64,000 nucleotides of DNA from an uncultured Caulobacterales bacterium (GCA_937928165.1 CALFVT010000020.1:1-64000); one strand, 5' to 3'. Counted from the first letter of the stretch, positions 19,592-30,152 are shown. Numbers and translations are program-made. Notes: generated from the sequence alone by a model not told the origin.

Positions 19592-21246
19592 CGATCAAAT
19601 TTTACGAATTTAAGCTTTTTCGGCATATCTGCATCGGGACCAAGACGGCGTTTTTTATCTTCGATATAATCGGCGAAATTACCTTCGAACCATTCCACAT
19701 GGCTATCCCCTTCATAGGCCAAAATATGTGTGGCAACGCGGTCGAGGAAGAATCTATCATGGGAGATCACCACGGCGCAGCCCGGGAATTTCTCCAGCGC
19801 AATTTCAAGGGATGCGAGGGTTTCGCGGTCCAGGTCATTGGTCGGCTCATCGAGCAGCAGCACGTTACAAGGCTTTGAGAGCATTTTCGCCAAATTAACG
19901 CGGTTACGCTCCCCGCCGGATAATTGCCCGACATTTTTCTGTTGGTCCGTGCCTTTGAAATTAAACGAGCCGACATAGGCGCGGCTTGGCACTTGGCGTT
20001 TGCCCATTGTAATCACGTCAAGCCCGTCAGAAATTGCTTCCCAGACATTTTTGCTATTATCCAGATTATCGCGGCTTTGATCCACATAGCCAAGCTGTAC
20101 CGTTTCGCCGACGGTGAATGTGCCTTCATCAGGGGTTTCCGTGCCCGTAATCATTTTGAACAGCGTTGTCTTACCCGCGCCGTTAGGGCCAATAATGCCA
20201 ACAATCCCGCCGCGCGGTAGGCGGAAAGATAAATCTTTAATCAAGAGCTTATCACCAAAACCTTTGGAGACATTTTGCGCATCAATAGCGATATTGCCAA
20301 GACGGTCGCCCATAGGAATACGAATTTCCGCATGGGACACCACTTCATTGGCCGCTTCGTCCCGTAGTTTTTCATAGGCGCTAATCCGCGCTTTTGATTT
20401 CGTCTGGCGGGCTTTGGGGTTAGAGCGAATCCATTCTAGCTCCCGCTTCATGGCTTTGGTTTTACTATCCCCTTCGCGGCCTTCTTGATCCATGCGTTTG
20501 GCTTTGGCTTCAAGCCATGAGGAATAATTACCTTCATGGGGGAAGGTTTTGCCGCGGTCGACTTCGAGGGTCCAATTGGTGATATTGTCAAGGAAGTAGC
20601 GATCATGGGTAATCAGGATAATCGCGCCGCGGTAATTCACGAGATAATTCTCAAGCCACGCCACAGTTTCCGCGTCCAAATGGTTGGTCGGTTCATCCAT
20701 TAACAGCAAATCAGGCTTGGACAGTAAAAGCTGACACAGGGCAACGCGGCGCGCCTCCCCGCCGGATAAATTATTCACAGGACTATCTTTGGGCGGACAG
20801 CGAAGGGCCTGCATGGCCATTTCGATTTTACTGTCAATATCCCACGCATCACGGCCATCGACCTGCTCTTGCAGGGTGGTCATTTCTTCCATTAGCTCGT
20901 CGGTATATTCTTCAGCCATTTTAAGGGCCACCGCATTATAAGCATCAAAAATTTGCTTATCTTCGCAGCCTTCAATGACATTGCCCCAAACGTCTTTGGA
21001 ATTATCAAGGCGCGGCTCTTGCGGCAGATAGCCGACTTTCGTGCCTTCTGCGGCCCAATGCTCGCCGGTGACTTCACTATCAACGCCGGCCATGATTTTC
21101 ATCAGCGTTGATTTACCCGCGCCGTTCACCCCGACAAGGCCAATTTTAGCGTCCGGGTAAAAAGATAAATGCACATTATCAAGAATAGTTTTATTGCCGA
21201 ATTTCTTCGTCAGGCCTTGCATGTGATAACAAAATTGGCGGGCCAT
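19588..21246 (-). CDS. ettA: Energy-dependent translational throttle ABC-F protein
   Basis: Two ABC cassettes (GVNGAGKST, LSGGE) separated by the arm/linker typical of EttA. About 552 aa. Confidence 0.9.
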   Translation of the reverse strand: MARQFCYHMQGLTKKFGNKTILDNVHLSFYPDAKIGLVGVNGAGKSTLMKIMAGVDSEVTGEHWAAEGTKVGYLPQEPRLDNSKDVWGNVIEGCEDKQIFDAYNAVALKMAEEYTDELMEEMTTLQEQVDGRDAWDIDSKIEMAMQALRCPPKDSPVNNLSGGEARRVALCQLLLSKPDLLLMDEPTNHLDAETVAWLENYLVNYRGAIILITHDRYFLDNITNWTLEVDRGKTFPHEGNYSSWLEAKAKRMDQEGREGDSKTKAMKRELEWIRSNPKARQTKSKARISAYEKLRDEAANEVVSHAEIRIPMGDRLGNIAIDAQNVSKGFGDKLLIKDLSFRLPRGGIVGIIGPNGAGKTTLFKMITGTETPDEGTFTVGETVQLGYVDQSRDNLDNSKNVWEAISDGLDVITMGKRQVPSRAYVGSFNFKGTDQQKNVGQLSGGERNRVNLAKMLSKPCNVLLLDEPTNDLDRETLASLEIALEKFPGCAVVISHDRFFLDRVATHILAYEGDSHVEWFEGNFADYIEDKKRRLGPDADMPKKLKFVKFDR

Positions 21247-21337
21247 AGGGCACTCCTGAGACTCGATGTAATTTCAAGAGCGCGATATGACGGAGGCGCG
21301 GCCAAAAAGCAAGGGGTATTGATACAGGCCCGCAGCC

Positions 21338-21895
21338 CTATTCAATATCGTCAATTGGCTGCATGTGCCGCGCTAAATAAACCATTGGCAGCATTAGAAT
21401 AGCGAGTAGCACGAGAACAAAACCTAAAACAAAATATATAATAACGATGCTAAGCTCAATCTTTATACCCTGCGGGAAGAACATATTCACCATCTGCACC
21501 CCGAGAATATTGGGTAACACTAATAGTGGCGTTAATTTGAAAATCTTATGATAGGCATATTGATAAGCCCGGCGTTGAAGATCAATTTCACCTTCATCAA
21601 GCTCTATATTTAATTTCATTAGGCGCTTGAAAATAGGATTCAAAGCCACATAAAGCACAAAGCCCATTGGAACGATAATTAACAATACAGCCAAGAACGC
21701 GGGCAACACACCGATTTCACGGCCGTCTAAACTATCATAAGACATCATAGCTATCAGGCTTATCAAGCCCAAAGGTGTTAAGGTATAAAAGAGTATGAGA
21801 TACAGCCTTATCCGCGCGAGTTTTTGAGGCGTAACATGATGAGCCTCAAGCGGTGGATAGTTCTTTTCTATCGCTGCAATATTTTCTGAGTTCAT
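21338..21895 (-). CDS. Small polytopic membrane protein, paralog C (DUF2975-like?)
   Basis: Four predicted TM helices. LDEGEIDLQRRAYQYAYHKI is shared with the two other paralogs in the operon. Confidence 0.5.
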   Translation of the reverse strand: MNSENIAAIEKNYPPLEAHHVTPQKLARIRLYLILFYTLTPLGLISLIAMMSYDSLDGREIGVLPAFLAVLLIIVPMGFVLYVALNPIFKRLMKLNIELDEGEIDLQRRAYQYAYHKIFKLTPLLVLPNILGVQMVNMFFPQGIKIELSIVIIYFVLGFVLVLLAILMLPMVYLARHMQPIDDIE

Positions 21896-21901
21896 AATAT
21901 A

Positions 21902-22594
21902 TTACTCACCCTTACCAGAAGTTCCCAATTTGCGGCCTAACTCATAGCCGGCGTCGTAGAACGTATTAATTTCGGGCCCTGCAAATACAGCGTAGGCTAA
22001 ACCTGAAACAAACCCTACGCCGATAACTATCATCCAAAATATTAGGCGTGAGCCGCCGCGCGTGGCTTCGGCTTGTAGACTATCTGCGTCAATCTCATCG
22101 GGCGCCTCAACGGGTTTGACTGTCCAGAGCAGAAACATATGCGGGACGAGCACCATAAATATAACGAAATAAATAAATATAGACCCAATAAGTGTGAAGC
22201 TTAGCGTCACATCTTGTTGGCCGAAAAATGCAAGGCCGAAACATATGACCGCGAAGGCGGCAAACATATAATCCGTCATTTGATGTCCAATCGCCATAGC
22301 GTGATGCTTCCGCCCCCGCTCCCACTCATCCAGATATTTATCGCGCGCCCAAAACCGATTGGTGAAGGGCGACATCATAACGACACACATAAAACAAGAG
22401 GATATAAGCGCTAAGATTAAAACAATTAATTTACTCCATATCGGGAGAATATCAAACATCCCTAAGGGGTATAAAACAAGGCAAGGAAGCCCTAAAAGGG
22501 TATATCGTTTTAAACTTTTAAGGTTCGCAGCAGTTAATTCTGCCCCGCCCAATTTAAACGTATCTGCATACCATTTTAGCATTTTACCTCTCAT
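21902..22594 (-). CDS. Small polytopic membrane protein, paralog B
   Basis: Shares the LDEWE ... WTVKP motif with paralog A. Has TM helices. Confidence 0.5.
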   Translation of the reverse strand: MRGKMLKWYADTFKLGGAELTAANLKSLKRYTLLGLPCLVLYPLGMFDILPIWSKLIVLILALISSCFMCVVMMSPFTNRFWARDKYLDEWERGRKHHAMAIGHQMTDYMFAAFAVICFGLAFFGQQDVTLSFTLIGSIFIYFVIFMVLVPHMFLLWTVKPVEAPDEIDADSLQAEATRGGSRLIFWMIVIGVGFVSGLAYAVFAGPEINTFYDAGYELGRKLGTSGKGE

Positions 22595-22651
22595 TCATGT
22601 TTGTTTTCAAAAGGCAGTCATACCGCCTTTTGGTTTTGTATTTTGCCCTAT

Positions 22652-23590
22652 TTATTCCGCGATTTTTTGCGCCGTGATGCCGCTGTCTTCGAGCACGTCA
22701 AATAGGCTATCCTCGCCGCCGATATGACCAGCGCCAACAGCCATGAAAACGGTTCCCGGCGTTTCAAGACGGGTCTTGACCCAGTCGGCCCAGCGCGCAT
22801 TTCGCGCTATCAGTAGCACCTCATTAAGCTCTGGCTGATCGCGCATTTCTTCATTCATAAGCTCGGACAGCCCATCAATATCACCGGTCGACCAATCAGC
22901 GAGCATTTCCGTGACAACCGCTGCGCCTTCGTCCCACTCTTCAACGGCGCTTTTCAGCATATCAAGCTGAGCGTCTTTGGATAGATTATCAAAAAACCCA
23001 AGCTGCTGCTCAGCCGTCTCTAGGCCGCTAATGGGTTTTTCCGAACTAGCCGCCGCCGCCGTTAGGGCCACCTCCACCCCCGCTTCCGGGTTAAGACCCA
23101 TACTTAGCATTTGCAGCGAGGCCAAGGTGACGGACGCCATCCACGGTTCAAACGCATCAAAAGCCGCCGGCGGAATATCGAGCGAGGCGAGCCGCGCATC
23201 ATATTGCGCCTTGAACGCTTCATCGAAGTAAGAACTCAGCGTTTTCCCGTCCGGGTCAATCGCCAAGGTTTGCACGAGCCCCTGCATAACCGCAGGCTCC
23301 GGCGTGACCATCTCAAGCACTAACTCATCAGAGGCGTCAAAAGCGGTTTTAATCTCACCGTCAAACCACTGATAATGCGTCGGCAAGACGTGGATGGTTC
23401 CAAGGACATAAATCGTCGTATCTTCATCGGCAATTTTATACATAGCAGGCTGCGCTGTTACCGCAGGCGGGGTAATTTCTTGCGGGGTAGCATCTTGGGC
23501 CGCCACAGCGCCGGATAAAAACCCTGTTAAAATTGTTCCCGTAAGAGCAAGTTTTTTAAAATATTGAGTGAAAGTCATAATAGTCTCCAT
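22652..23590 (-). CDS. TraB/GumN-family periplasmic protein
   Basis: Signal peptide. IYVLGTIHVL ... MFMAVGAGHIGGEDSL matches TraB/GumN hallmark motifs. Confidence 0.7.
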   Translation of the reverse strand: METIMTFTQYFKKLALTGTILTGFLSGAVAAQDATPQEITPPAVTAQPAMYKIADEDTTIYVLGTIHVLPTHYQWFDGEIKTAFDASDELVLEMVTPEPAVMQGLVQTLAIDPDGKTLSSYFDEAFKAQYDARLASLDIPPAAFDAFEPWMASVTLASLQMLSMGLNPEAGVEVALTAAAASSEKPISGLETAEQQLGFFDNLSKDAQLDMLKSAVEEWDEGAAVVTEMLADWSTGDIDGLSELMNEEMRDQPELNEVLLIARNARWADWVKTRLETPGTVFMAVGAGHIGGEDSLFDVLEDSGITAQKIAE

Positions 23591-23625
23591 TGGTAATCGT
23601 TAAGTTGAAATTTTGATCCGCAGGC

Positions 23626-24228
23626 TTAATCCACATCCAGCGGTTTTGTCGTCCACGCAAAATAGGTGACAGGCAGGTAAAAACTAATGAGCACGCAGGC
23701 AAAGGTCAGGCTTATGAAAAAGTTAGGACCAAAAAACGACGCCCAATTATCTAGGCTATGAAAGCCCATGACATCAATAAACCGCGCGAAAAAGGCCAGT
23801 CCTAAGATCGGGATAAGCGTAGATTGCACGACCTTATAACTAAAGCTATAAGCCTTATCTTTGGCACTCACTTCCCATTCATCCATATCTTTTGCGCCGA
23901 CTTCCATCCGTCCCCAAATACGGTGAGATGTAAGATAGAACAGGCTCGTTATGAACAGAATAAACGTTACAGTAAGAGCAAGAGCTAAAAGCAGAAACAT
24001 AAAAGCGGGGGGATTATTGGCTCCATCTTCGAGGCCAAACATCCAATCTACAAGCGGTAAGCATGACGCCATAATCGGCGCCGCCGCTATATAAACGGCA
24101 CTGGCAATCTTAAGCCGCTTAATAGAGCGCGGCGATAAATCTACGGCCTGTAATTTGGGCGCAAACGCTTTTTCCAGTGAATCTAGTGACACCACACGCA
24201 TCTCCCTATTCCGCGGCTTGATCTGCAA
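23626..24228 (-). CDS. Small polytopic membrane protein, paralog A
   Basis: DMDEWEVSAKDKAYSFSYKV ... YFAWTTKPLDVD. Overlaps the upstream HTH gene by ~23 nt. Confidence 0.5.
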   Translation of the reverse strand: MQIKPRNREMRVVSLDSLEKAFAPKLQAVDLSPRSIKRLKIASAVYIAAAPIMASCLPLVDWMFGLEDGANNPPAFMFLLLALALTVTFILFITSLFYLTSHRIWGRMEVGAKDMDEWEVSAKDKAYSFSYKVVQSTLIPILGLAFFARFIDVMGFHSLDNWASFFGPNFFISLTFACVLISFYLPVTYFAWTTKPLDVD

Positions 24229-24463
24229 GCTGCTCGCTTAATGTCTTGAACGGCCGCGGTGAAAATATCTGATCGACCCGCAAGCCAAAATAATCCGCCA
24301 GCTTAAACGCGAGCTCAAGGGAGGCATTATAATCCCCCCGCTCTAAATAACCGATAGTTTGAAAATTCACGCCCACAGCATCCGCCAAGTCTTTGCGGGA
24401 GAGGCCTTTTTCTACTCTTAACAATTTAACGCGGTTATAAATCACGATGTTGTATATATACAA
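24206..24463 (-). CDS. HTH_26 / XRE-family (YozG-like) small transcriptional regulator
   Basis: KLLRVEKGLSRKDLADAVGVNFQTIGYLERGDYNASLELAFKLADYFGLRVDQIF. The real start is probably internal to the annotated ORF. Confidence 0.65.
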   Translation of the reverse strand: MYIYNIVIYNRVKLLRVEKGLSRKDLADAVGVNFQTIGYLERGDYNASLELAFKLADYFGLRVDQIFSPRPFKTLSEQLADQAAE

Positions 24464-24545
24464 TAAAAAAGCTTATATCAACATTAATTTATTGCATAAA
24501 AAAAAACCTCGCCAGGGCGAGGTTATCATGATGATTTTATTAGAA

Positions 24546-25214
24546 TTATATACCGATTAAGGGTTGCAAAAGCCGCGCTTGCCAATTTTTCATTTTTATG
24601 GGCCCTTGGCTCATGACGAGGCAAATACAGGGGTCACCCGCATCCACATGCGGCGCGTGAAGGTCATTATCATTAGCAATATGGATGTCCCCTCTTTCAT
24701 ATTGCAGGCCGCCGCAGCTGTAGGATCCTTTAATGATAAGCGCCCATTCTTCGCCGTGATGAGAATGATTGGGCATTTTCATCCCCCCCTTTATCTTTAA
24801 GAAATAAAGACGTTCGCCATTTTGGCCATATTTCTGACTCATAATATGATGAACAGCAACACCCGGAAAGACGGTTTTCCATGTTATATTTTCAAGATAA
24901 CGTTCAGAAAAATCTTGACCTCTATCGGCCAAATCAACCGTTTTTATATCGTCCGCCCTATAATCATAATCATCAATTCGGTTTAAACGCGGCATAAGCT
25001 GGGCAAAAAAATCTGGGCTCATAGGCGCATAATGCTCGCGCATCAACATACCCGCAGCAATAGCATCTTGAAACTCAACTTCGGCTTTAACACCAGGTGA
25101 CAGGGCACATTGCAAAGCCACAATCGCATGGCGCGCGGGGCTTAAACTTCCTGATACATATTCATTTCTCGCCGTCACAGCATCAAGTTGCCGCTTGACT
25201 ATATTATCGCCCAT
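24546..25214 (-). CDS. ChrR-type anti-sigma factor (N-terminal anti-sigma domain plus C-terminal cupin)
   Basis: 222 aa with cupin-like His/Glu residues (HSHHGEEWALIIKG). Overlaps the upstream ECF sigma gene. Confidence 0.6.
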   Translation of the reverse strand: MGDNIVKRQLDAVTARNEYVSGSLSPARHAIVALQCALSPGVKAEVEFQDAIAAGMLMREHYAPMSPDFFAQLMPRLNRIDDYDYRADDIKTVDLADRGQDFSERYLENITWKTVFPGVAVHHIMSQKYGQNGERLYFLKIKGGMKMPNHSHHGEEWALIIKGSYSCGGLQYERGDIHIANDNDLHAPHVDAGDPCICLVMSQGPIKMKNWQARLLQPLIGI

Positions 25215-25848
25215 AAAAATTACTTAAATCTTTGCTCATACTAGCTTTGAGCGATTGCACCGCACTTCGTATTTGTGTTTTTACGGTGCCAAGGGGTATT
25301 CCGGTTTGCTCTGAAATGGCTTTATGGGTTTTAAATTCCATAAAAGCCATTCTCACAGCTGCTTTTTGCGTATCAGATAGTTTTTCAATCTGCGCGTAAA
25401 GATGTTCGGCATCTTGTTCGAGCATGAAGTGATATTCCGCTGAGGGCACTTCATCATCGGCAATAATATTCATAAATTCAGGGTCACGTACATCCATACG
25501 CGAGTGTTTACGTTTATGATCAATCCAGCGGTTGCGCGTCGTACGGTAAACCCATGTTGCGAAAGATGCTTTAGCTGGGTCAAATAAGTGAGCCCGCGTC
25601 CAGACCGTTATCATAACGTCTTGGACAATATCTTCTGCAGTTCCGCTGCCAACTCCGCGGGCCATAAGCCAGCCTTTGAGCTTTGGCGCGTAAACAGAAA
25701 AAAGATTTGTTAAAGACGATTGGCATTTGTCATCACGAATAGACGCCATAAGCGCAGCATCACGCTTGGCCGCAGACATGCTTTTGGCCGGCGCATTATG
25801 GCGACGCGGCTTTCGGGGTGGCCCTTGGCTCTGATCCATATCAGGCAT
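25204..25848 (-). CDS. ECF-subfamily RNA polymerase sigma factor (RpoE-like)
   Basis: Sigma-70 region 2 (DIVQDVMITVWTRAHLFDPAKASFATWVYRTTRNRWIDHKRK) and region 4 (GIPLGTVKTQIRSA). Start chosen at the Met with GGAGAG 5 nt upstream; the ORF can extend to 25911. Confidence 0.75.
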   Translation of the reverse strand: MPDMDQSQGPPRKPRRHNAPAKSMSAAKRDAALMASIRDDKCQSSLTNLFSVYAPKLKGWLMARGVGSGTAEDIVQDVMITVWTRAHLFDPAKASFATWVYRTTRNRWIDHKRKHSRMDVRDPEFMNIIADDEVPSAEYHFMLEQDAEHLYAQIEKLSDTQKAAVRMAFMEFKTHKAISEQTGIPLGTVKTQIRSAVQSLKASMSKDLSNFYGR

Positions 25849-26056
25849 TAGTCTCTCCGCAGTCTGGTGAGAAGTCTCGCCTAAGCATAACATGTCTGGT
25901 TGAACACGCATAGGGCTGATTAGCCTTATCTAATTAAAACCGAGCGCGAATTGTGTGCCTCGAAATCAAATTCACGGCTTAGTTACGCATTGGAATAAGG
26001 TTTAGATGCAATTACATATAACTACGGCGCATGTCCCGCGCCGCGCCGCTTCATTA

Positions 26057-26914
26057 TTACGGCACATAAATCGTATAGGTCACATCCGCCGCAATACTCC
26101 CCGCCCCTAATGAAAAGTCATAATTATTCCCGTTCAAACCAGAGCTTAGAAGATTATAGCGGCTTTGAAAGCTAACCGCTTGCTGAATAATACCCCCCGG
26201 CGAAGCGGCCGTGGCTTGGCCTCCATCAAAAACTTTTGTCGGGCCCGCAGAAATCGCATCCAGCCGCGTTGCTTGGTTTTGCGGCAAAATAATACCTTGG
26301 CCGCCAACTGATGGGTCTTGGGCGCGCGTCCCCCAACGGTTAACCCCGCCGCCGCCTCTCACTTGCACACGTAAGCGGTAGCGTATATTGGATAGGTCGA
26401 GCGCATCAAATGTTCCCGTAGTCTGCAAGTTATCAGAATGAGCATAAATATCAAACGGCACATTAGAGGCAACAAAAAAGCGTGAACTTCGGTTTGCGCC
26501 GCCCAGCAAATCGACATCTGTATCCTCATCAAGCTCGAACGCATTATAGCTGTCTGCAGCATTTAAGATTTGATTAGGGGCAACCGAATTAAACTCACCG
26601 CCGCTAACCGCATTATTAATTTCAAACTCAAGCCCGCCGGCTTCATTGCTAAAAATAGCGTTGAAATTCCCATTGTTAAAATTAATTGTCCGGCCATCAA
26701 GCTCTATAAGGTCTGGCGCGGCTTGCCCCGACACGCCCTCCTCAAGGGTTAGAAAATCAAAAACAACCGGGGCCGTACCACCTGTATCATTAAAGTCTGA
26801 CGCGCCAAAAACAATTACTGTTGCATGATTTTGAAAGAATGGACGATCATTTACAGCCCCATGAGCCAAGGCCGCACTGCAGCTTATCACGCCGCACGCG
26901 ATCAAACTTTTCAT
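26057..26914 (-). CDS. Exported hypothetical protein (Gly/Asn/Asp-rich)
   Basis: Signal peptide MKSLIACGVISCSAALAHG. No recognised family. Confidence 0.5.
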   Translation of the reverse strand: MKSLIACGVISCSAALAHGAVNDRPFFQNHATVIVFGASDFNDTGGTAPVVFDFLTLEEGVSGQAAPDLIELDGRTINFNNGNFNAIFSNEAGGLEFEINNAVSGGEFNSVAPNQILNAADSYNAFELDEDTDVDLLGGANRSSRFFVASNVPFDIYAHSDNLQTTGTFDALDLSNIRYRLRVQVRGGGGVNRWGTRAQDPSVGGQGIILPQNQATRLDAISAGPTKVFDGGQATAASPGGIIQQAVSFQSRYNLLSSGLNGNNYDFSLGAGSIAADVTYTIYVP

Positions 26915-27068
26915 GCGTCCCCACAGCACGGTCTTATTAAGAGTACCAGCCATGATCTATCATTAACCCATAACTCCAAAGAATAGCTTTAGAGATAGTC
27001 TTAAAAAATGGTTAAATCACATTTTTATCAATACCTCTTAAACTTGCAATTTTTACAATAAGCTCTAA

Positions 27069-29201
27069 GTGAAACACATGCCAAGCCCGCAGAACATCAC
27101 CGCCCGCGCAGCCCCCGTCATGTGGCGGCCCCACCGCCCCGCCCGCCCCGAAAAATCCGAAGGCGGGCGCAAATTTGAACTCGTCAGCAATTTTGAACCC
27201 AAAGGCGATCAACCCAATGCAATCAACGAGCTTTGCGACGGTCTAAATTCTATTGAGCGCGATCAGGTGCTCCTCGGCGTTACCGGCTCTGGCAAAACTT
27301 TCACCATGGCCAAAATCATCGAGCAGACCCAGCGCCCCGCCTTGATTATGGCGCCTAATAAGACCCTTGCCGCCCAGCTTTATGGGGAGTTTAAGAGCTT
27401 CTTCCCCCATAATGCGGTTGAATATTTCGTCTCTTATTATGATTATTATCAGCCCGAGGCCTATGTGCCGCGCACAGATACATTCATCGAGAAAGATAGT
27501 TCCGTTAATGAACAGATTGACCGCATGCGCCACGCAGCAACGCGGGCCATACTCGAGCGCGATGACTGTATTATCGTCGCCTCGGTCTCCTGTATTTACG
27601 GCATTGGCTCGGTGGAGACCTATACGGCGATGACCCTTGATCTTGCGGTCGGTGAAGATATTGATCCGCGCGCCTTTATGGCCCAGCTCGTAGAGCTGCA
27701 ATATAGCCGCAATGACATCGCCTTTAGCCGCGGGACATTTCGCGTGCGCGGCGACACCATTGAAGTCTTCCCGGCCCATTATGATGACACCGCTTGGCGC
27801 TTTGACTTTTTTGGTGATGAAATTGATAGCATTACAGAATTTGACCCTCTCACGGGTAAAACCGGCAAGGCCCTTGATGCGGTGCGGGTTTACGCCAATT
27901 CCCATTACGTCACGCCGCGCCCAACAGTGAACAGCGCCATTAAAGGCATCAAAGACGAGCTGAATAGACGCCTCGCCTTTTACGAATCTGAAAACCGCCT
28001 TTTAGAGGCCCAGCGCCTCGCCCAGCGCACAGAATTTGATCTGGAAATGCTCGCAGCTCAAGGCTTTTGTACAGGCATTGAGAACTATTCCCGCTATCTC
28101 ACAGGCCGCGCGCCGGGAGAGCCGCCGCCGACACTTTTTGAATATCTCCCCGAAGATGCGATTTTATTTACCGATGAGAGCCATGTCACGGTGCCGCAAA
28201 TCGGCGCGATGAGTAAAGGCGACGCCAACCGCAAAGGCACGCTCGCGGAACACGGCTTTCGCTTGCCGTCCTGTATTGATAACCGCCCGCTTAAATTCGA
28301 AGAATGGGACGCTATGCGCCCACAAACTGTCCATGTCTCTGCCACGCCGAGCAAGTGGGAAATGGAGCGCACTGGCGGTATTTTCACCGAGCAAGTCATT
28401 CGCCCCACAGGCCTGATTGACCCGCCCGTTGAAATTCGCCCCGTCGCCAAAGACGGGGCCTCCCAAGTGGATGACGTCATTGACGAAGTGCGCAAAACCA
28501 CCGCCAAAGGCTACCGCTCTCTTGTGACCACACTAACCAAGAAAATGTCCGAAGACCTCACGGAATATATGCATGAGCAAGGCATTCGCGTGCGCTATAT
28601 GCACTCGGATATTGATACCATCGAGCGCATAGAAATCATTCGCGATCTACGTATGGGTGTGTTTGATGTGCTGATCGGGATTAACCTGCTCCGCGAAGGG
28701 CTTGATATTCCAGAATGTGCCTTTGTCGGCATTTTAGACGCGGATAAAGAAGGCTTTTTGCGCAGCGAAACCTCCCTCGTTCAGACCATTGGCCGCGCGG
28801 CGCGAAATGCTGACGCCCATGTGGTGCTCTATGCGGACCGTATGACAGGCTCCATGCAGCGGGCTATGGATGAAACCACCCGCCGCCGTAAACGCCAAAT
28901 CGCCCATAATGAGCAGCACGGCATCACCCCCCAAACCATCGCTCGCGGCATTGCCGATATCGTCGGCGACAGCGAAGCCGGCGAGAAAATCAAAGACGCT
29001 GCCAACCGCTTCACCCCAACAGGTCAGCTCAAAAAGAAATATCTCGAGGCCGCCGAAGGGGAGCAAGCAGCCTTTATCGGAGACAACCTCACCGCCGTCC
29101 TCGCCGACCTCGAAAAACGCATGTTCGAAGCCGCCGAGAATCTGGAATTTGAAGAGGCGGCGCGGTTAAGAGATGAGATAGCGGGGCTGAAGGGGGCGTA
29201 G
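27069..29201 (+). CDS. uvrB: Excinuclease ABC subunit B
   Basis: Helicase motifs ([12 protein letters not shown]), the beta-hairpin region and a C-terminal UvrC-interaction domain. N-terminus may start later, at M18. Confidence 0.95.
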   Translation: MKHMPSPQNITARAAPVMWRPHRPARPEKSEGGRKFELVSNFEPKGDQPNAINELCDGLNSIERDQVLLGVTGSGKTFTMAKIIEQTQRPALIMAPNKTLAAQLYGEFKSFFPHNAVEYFVSYYDYYQPEAYVPRTDTFIEKDSSVNEQIDRMRHAATRAILERDDCIIVASVSCIYGIGSVETYTAMTLDLAVGEDIDPRAFMAQLVELQYSRNDIAFSRGTFRVRGDTIEVFPAHYDDTAWRFDFFGDEIDSITEFDPLTGKTGKALDAVRVYANSHYVTPRPTVNSAIKGIKDELNRRLAFYESENRLLEAQRLAQRTEFDLEMLAAQGFCTGIENYSRYLTGRAPGEPPPTLFEYLPEDAILFTDESHVTVPQIGAMSKGDANRKGTLAEHGFRLPSCIDNRPLKFEEWDAMRPQTVHVSATPSKWEMERTGGIFTEQVIRPTGLIDPPVEIRPVAKDGASQVDDVIDEVRKTTAKGYRSLVTTLTKKMSEDLTEYMHEQGIRVRYMHSDIDTIERIEIIRDLRMGVFDVLIGINLLREGLDIPECAFVGILDADKEGFLRSETSLVQTIGRAARNADAHVVLYADRMTGSMQRAMDETTRRRKRQIAHNEQHGITPQTIARGIADIVGDSEAGEKIKDAANRFTPTGQLKKKYLEAAEGEQAAFIGDNLTAVLADLEKRMFEAAENLEFEEAARLRDEIAGLKGA

Positions 29202-29294
29202 CGGCCATACCCATCTCTATAAGCCCAAACTCAAAATATAATAAATCACACCTAACAGGCAGATAAACCCTTAGATCAGGTCCAAGGGTGGCTG

Positions 29295-29311
29295 GCGGGG
29301 TTAAGCTTAAC
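29295..29311. repeat. Direct repeat copy 1 (ggcggggttaagcttaa)
   Basis: Exact 17-mer repeated at 30153-30169. The two copies bracket an AT-rich ORF. Confidence 0.6.
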
Positions 29312-29350
29312 GAGATGTCATCACTATAGTACACCGTGCATTCCATTGCA

Positions 29351-29524
29351 TGGGAGAATCTAAGTCTGTAGATTAGATCGAGAGATTCCAGCTTTCGCGG
29401 GAATGGGCGGGTTTATGGGTCACACTATATCTTTACTCGCTCTCCGTACATTCCCGCGCAGGCGGGAATCTAAGTCTATAGTTTGGAGAAAGAGATTTCG
29501 GCTTTCGAGGGAATAAACGGCGGG
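29351..29524. repeat. Two ~60-bp direct repeat units (period ~110 bp) with embedded REP-like hairpins
   Basis: Units at 29351-29410 and 29461-29524 (gggaatctaagtct[g/a]tag...gagatt[c/t]c[a/g]gctttcg[c/a]gggaat...cgg) are about 80% identical. Hairpin ATTCCCGC-gcag-GCGGGAAT at 29448-29469. Confidence 0.6.
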
Positions 29525-29608
29525 CGATAGCACAAGGGCTTACCATTAAGGAAAGATTAACCGGCGCAGAGCTAATCATGAAACCGTATATATATAAAGG
29601 GTATAATT

Positions 29609-30037
29609 ATGGACGAGCAGGCTTTTACTTACGAGCATTTTAAACACGCATCTTACATGCTCATAGTGTGTGCCATGATGTATGTTGCGCTCATCATCTT
29701 ACCCTATGCGGTGCAGTCACCTCTATTACTTATCATCTATATGAATATATGTTTGGGCTTTTTCATACATAGCATGTTCCGCTTTGTATCTTTTATCAAG
29801 CGGCATAAATCACTCACACAAAAACAGCAGCGCAAAATTATTAAGCGCCATAGAACATACACCCTAAAACATGTCTTTTACGCGGCTAGTTTATCGGCCC
29901 TTATAACCTGTATAACCGTAAAGTCTTTAGACTTAAATATCTTGCAATATACAGGCATATTCGGGCTTATATTTATGCTCGCAGTCTTTAGTTTAATTCG
30001 TATGACGATGAGTCACCTTAAACAGGCCCCTGCATAA
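29609..30037 (+). CDS. Hypothetical small membrane protein (AT-rich gene)
   Basis: 142-aa ORF with 3-4 TM helices. Low GC and flanked by repeat clusters. Confidence 0.4.
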   Translation: MDEQAFTYEHFKHASYMLIVCAMMYVALIILPYAVQSPLLLIIYMNICLGFFIHSMFRFVSFIKRHKSLTQKQQRKIIKRHRTYTLKHVFYAASLSALITCITVKSLDLNILQYTGIFGLIFMLAVFSLIRMTMSHLKQAPA

Positions 30038-30085
30038 AGCGCATGGCTTAAACATCTTACAAAACTCATGCTTTATCTCTCGGGG

Positions 30086-30103
30086 TTCCCGCTTTCGCGG
30101 GAA
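30086..30103. repeat. REP-like palindrome TTCCCGC-tttc-GCGGGAA
   Basis: Perfect 7-bp stem. The same motif family occurs at 29391-29410, 29501-29520, 30241-30252 and 39767-39795. Confidence 0.6.
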
Positions 30104-30127
30104 TGAACGGCGTAGAATATGGATAGA

Positions 30128-30147
30128 CCCTTGGGTAAGCCCAAGGG
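30128..30147. repeat. Palindrome CCCTTGGG-taag-CCCAAGGG
   Basis: Perfect 8-bp inverted repeat. Confidence 0.6.
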
Positions 30148-30152
30148 TAACG

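Noticed and set aside
27243-27905. 220-aa minus-strand ORF antisense to uvrB.
   Set aside because: It is fully embedded in the highly conserved uvrB helicase region with no independent signal. Typical antisense open frame of a GC-biased gene.
29351-29524. Possible CRISPR array suggested by ~60-bp direct repeats with a ~110-bp period.
   Set aside because: Only two degenerate copies (~80% identity). Repeats are longer than CRISPR repeats, contain REP-like hairpins, and there are no cas genes in the window.
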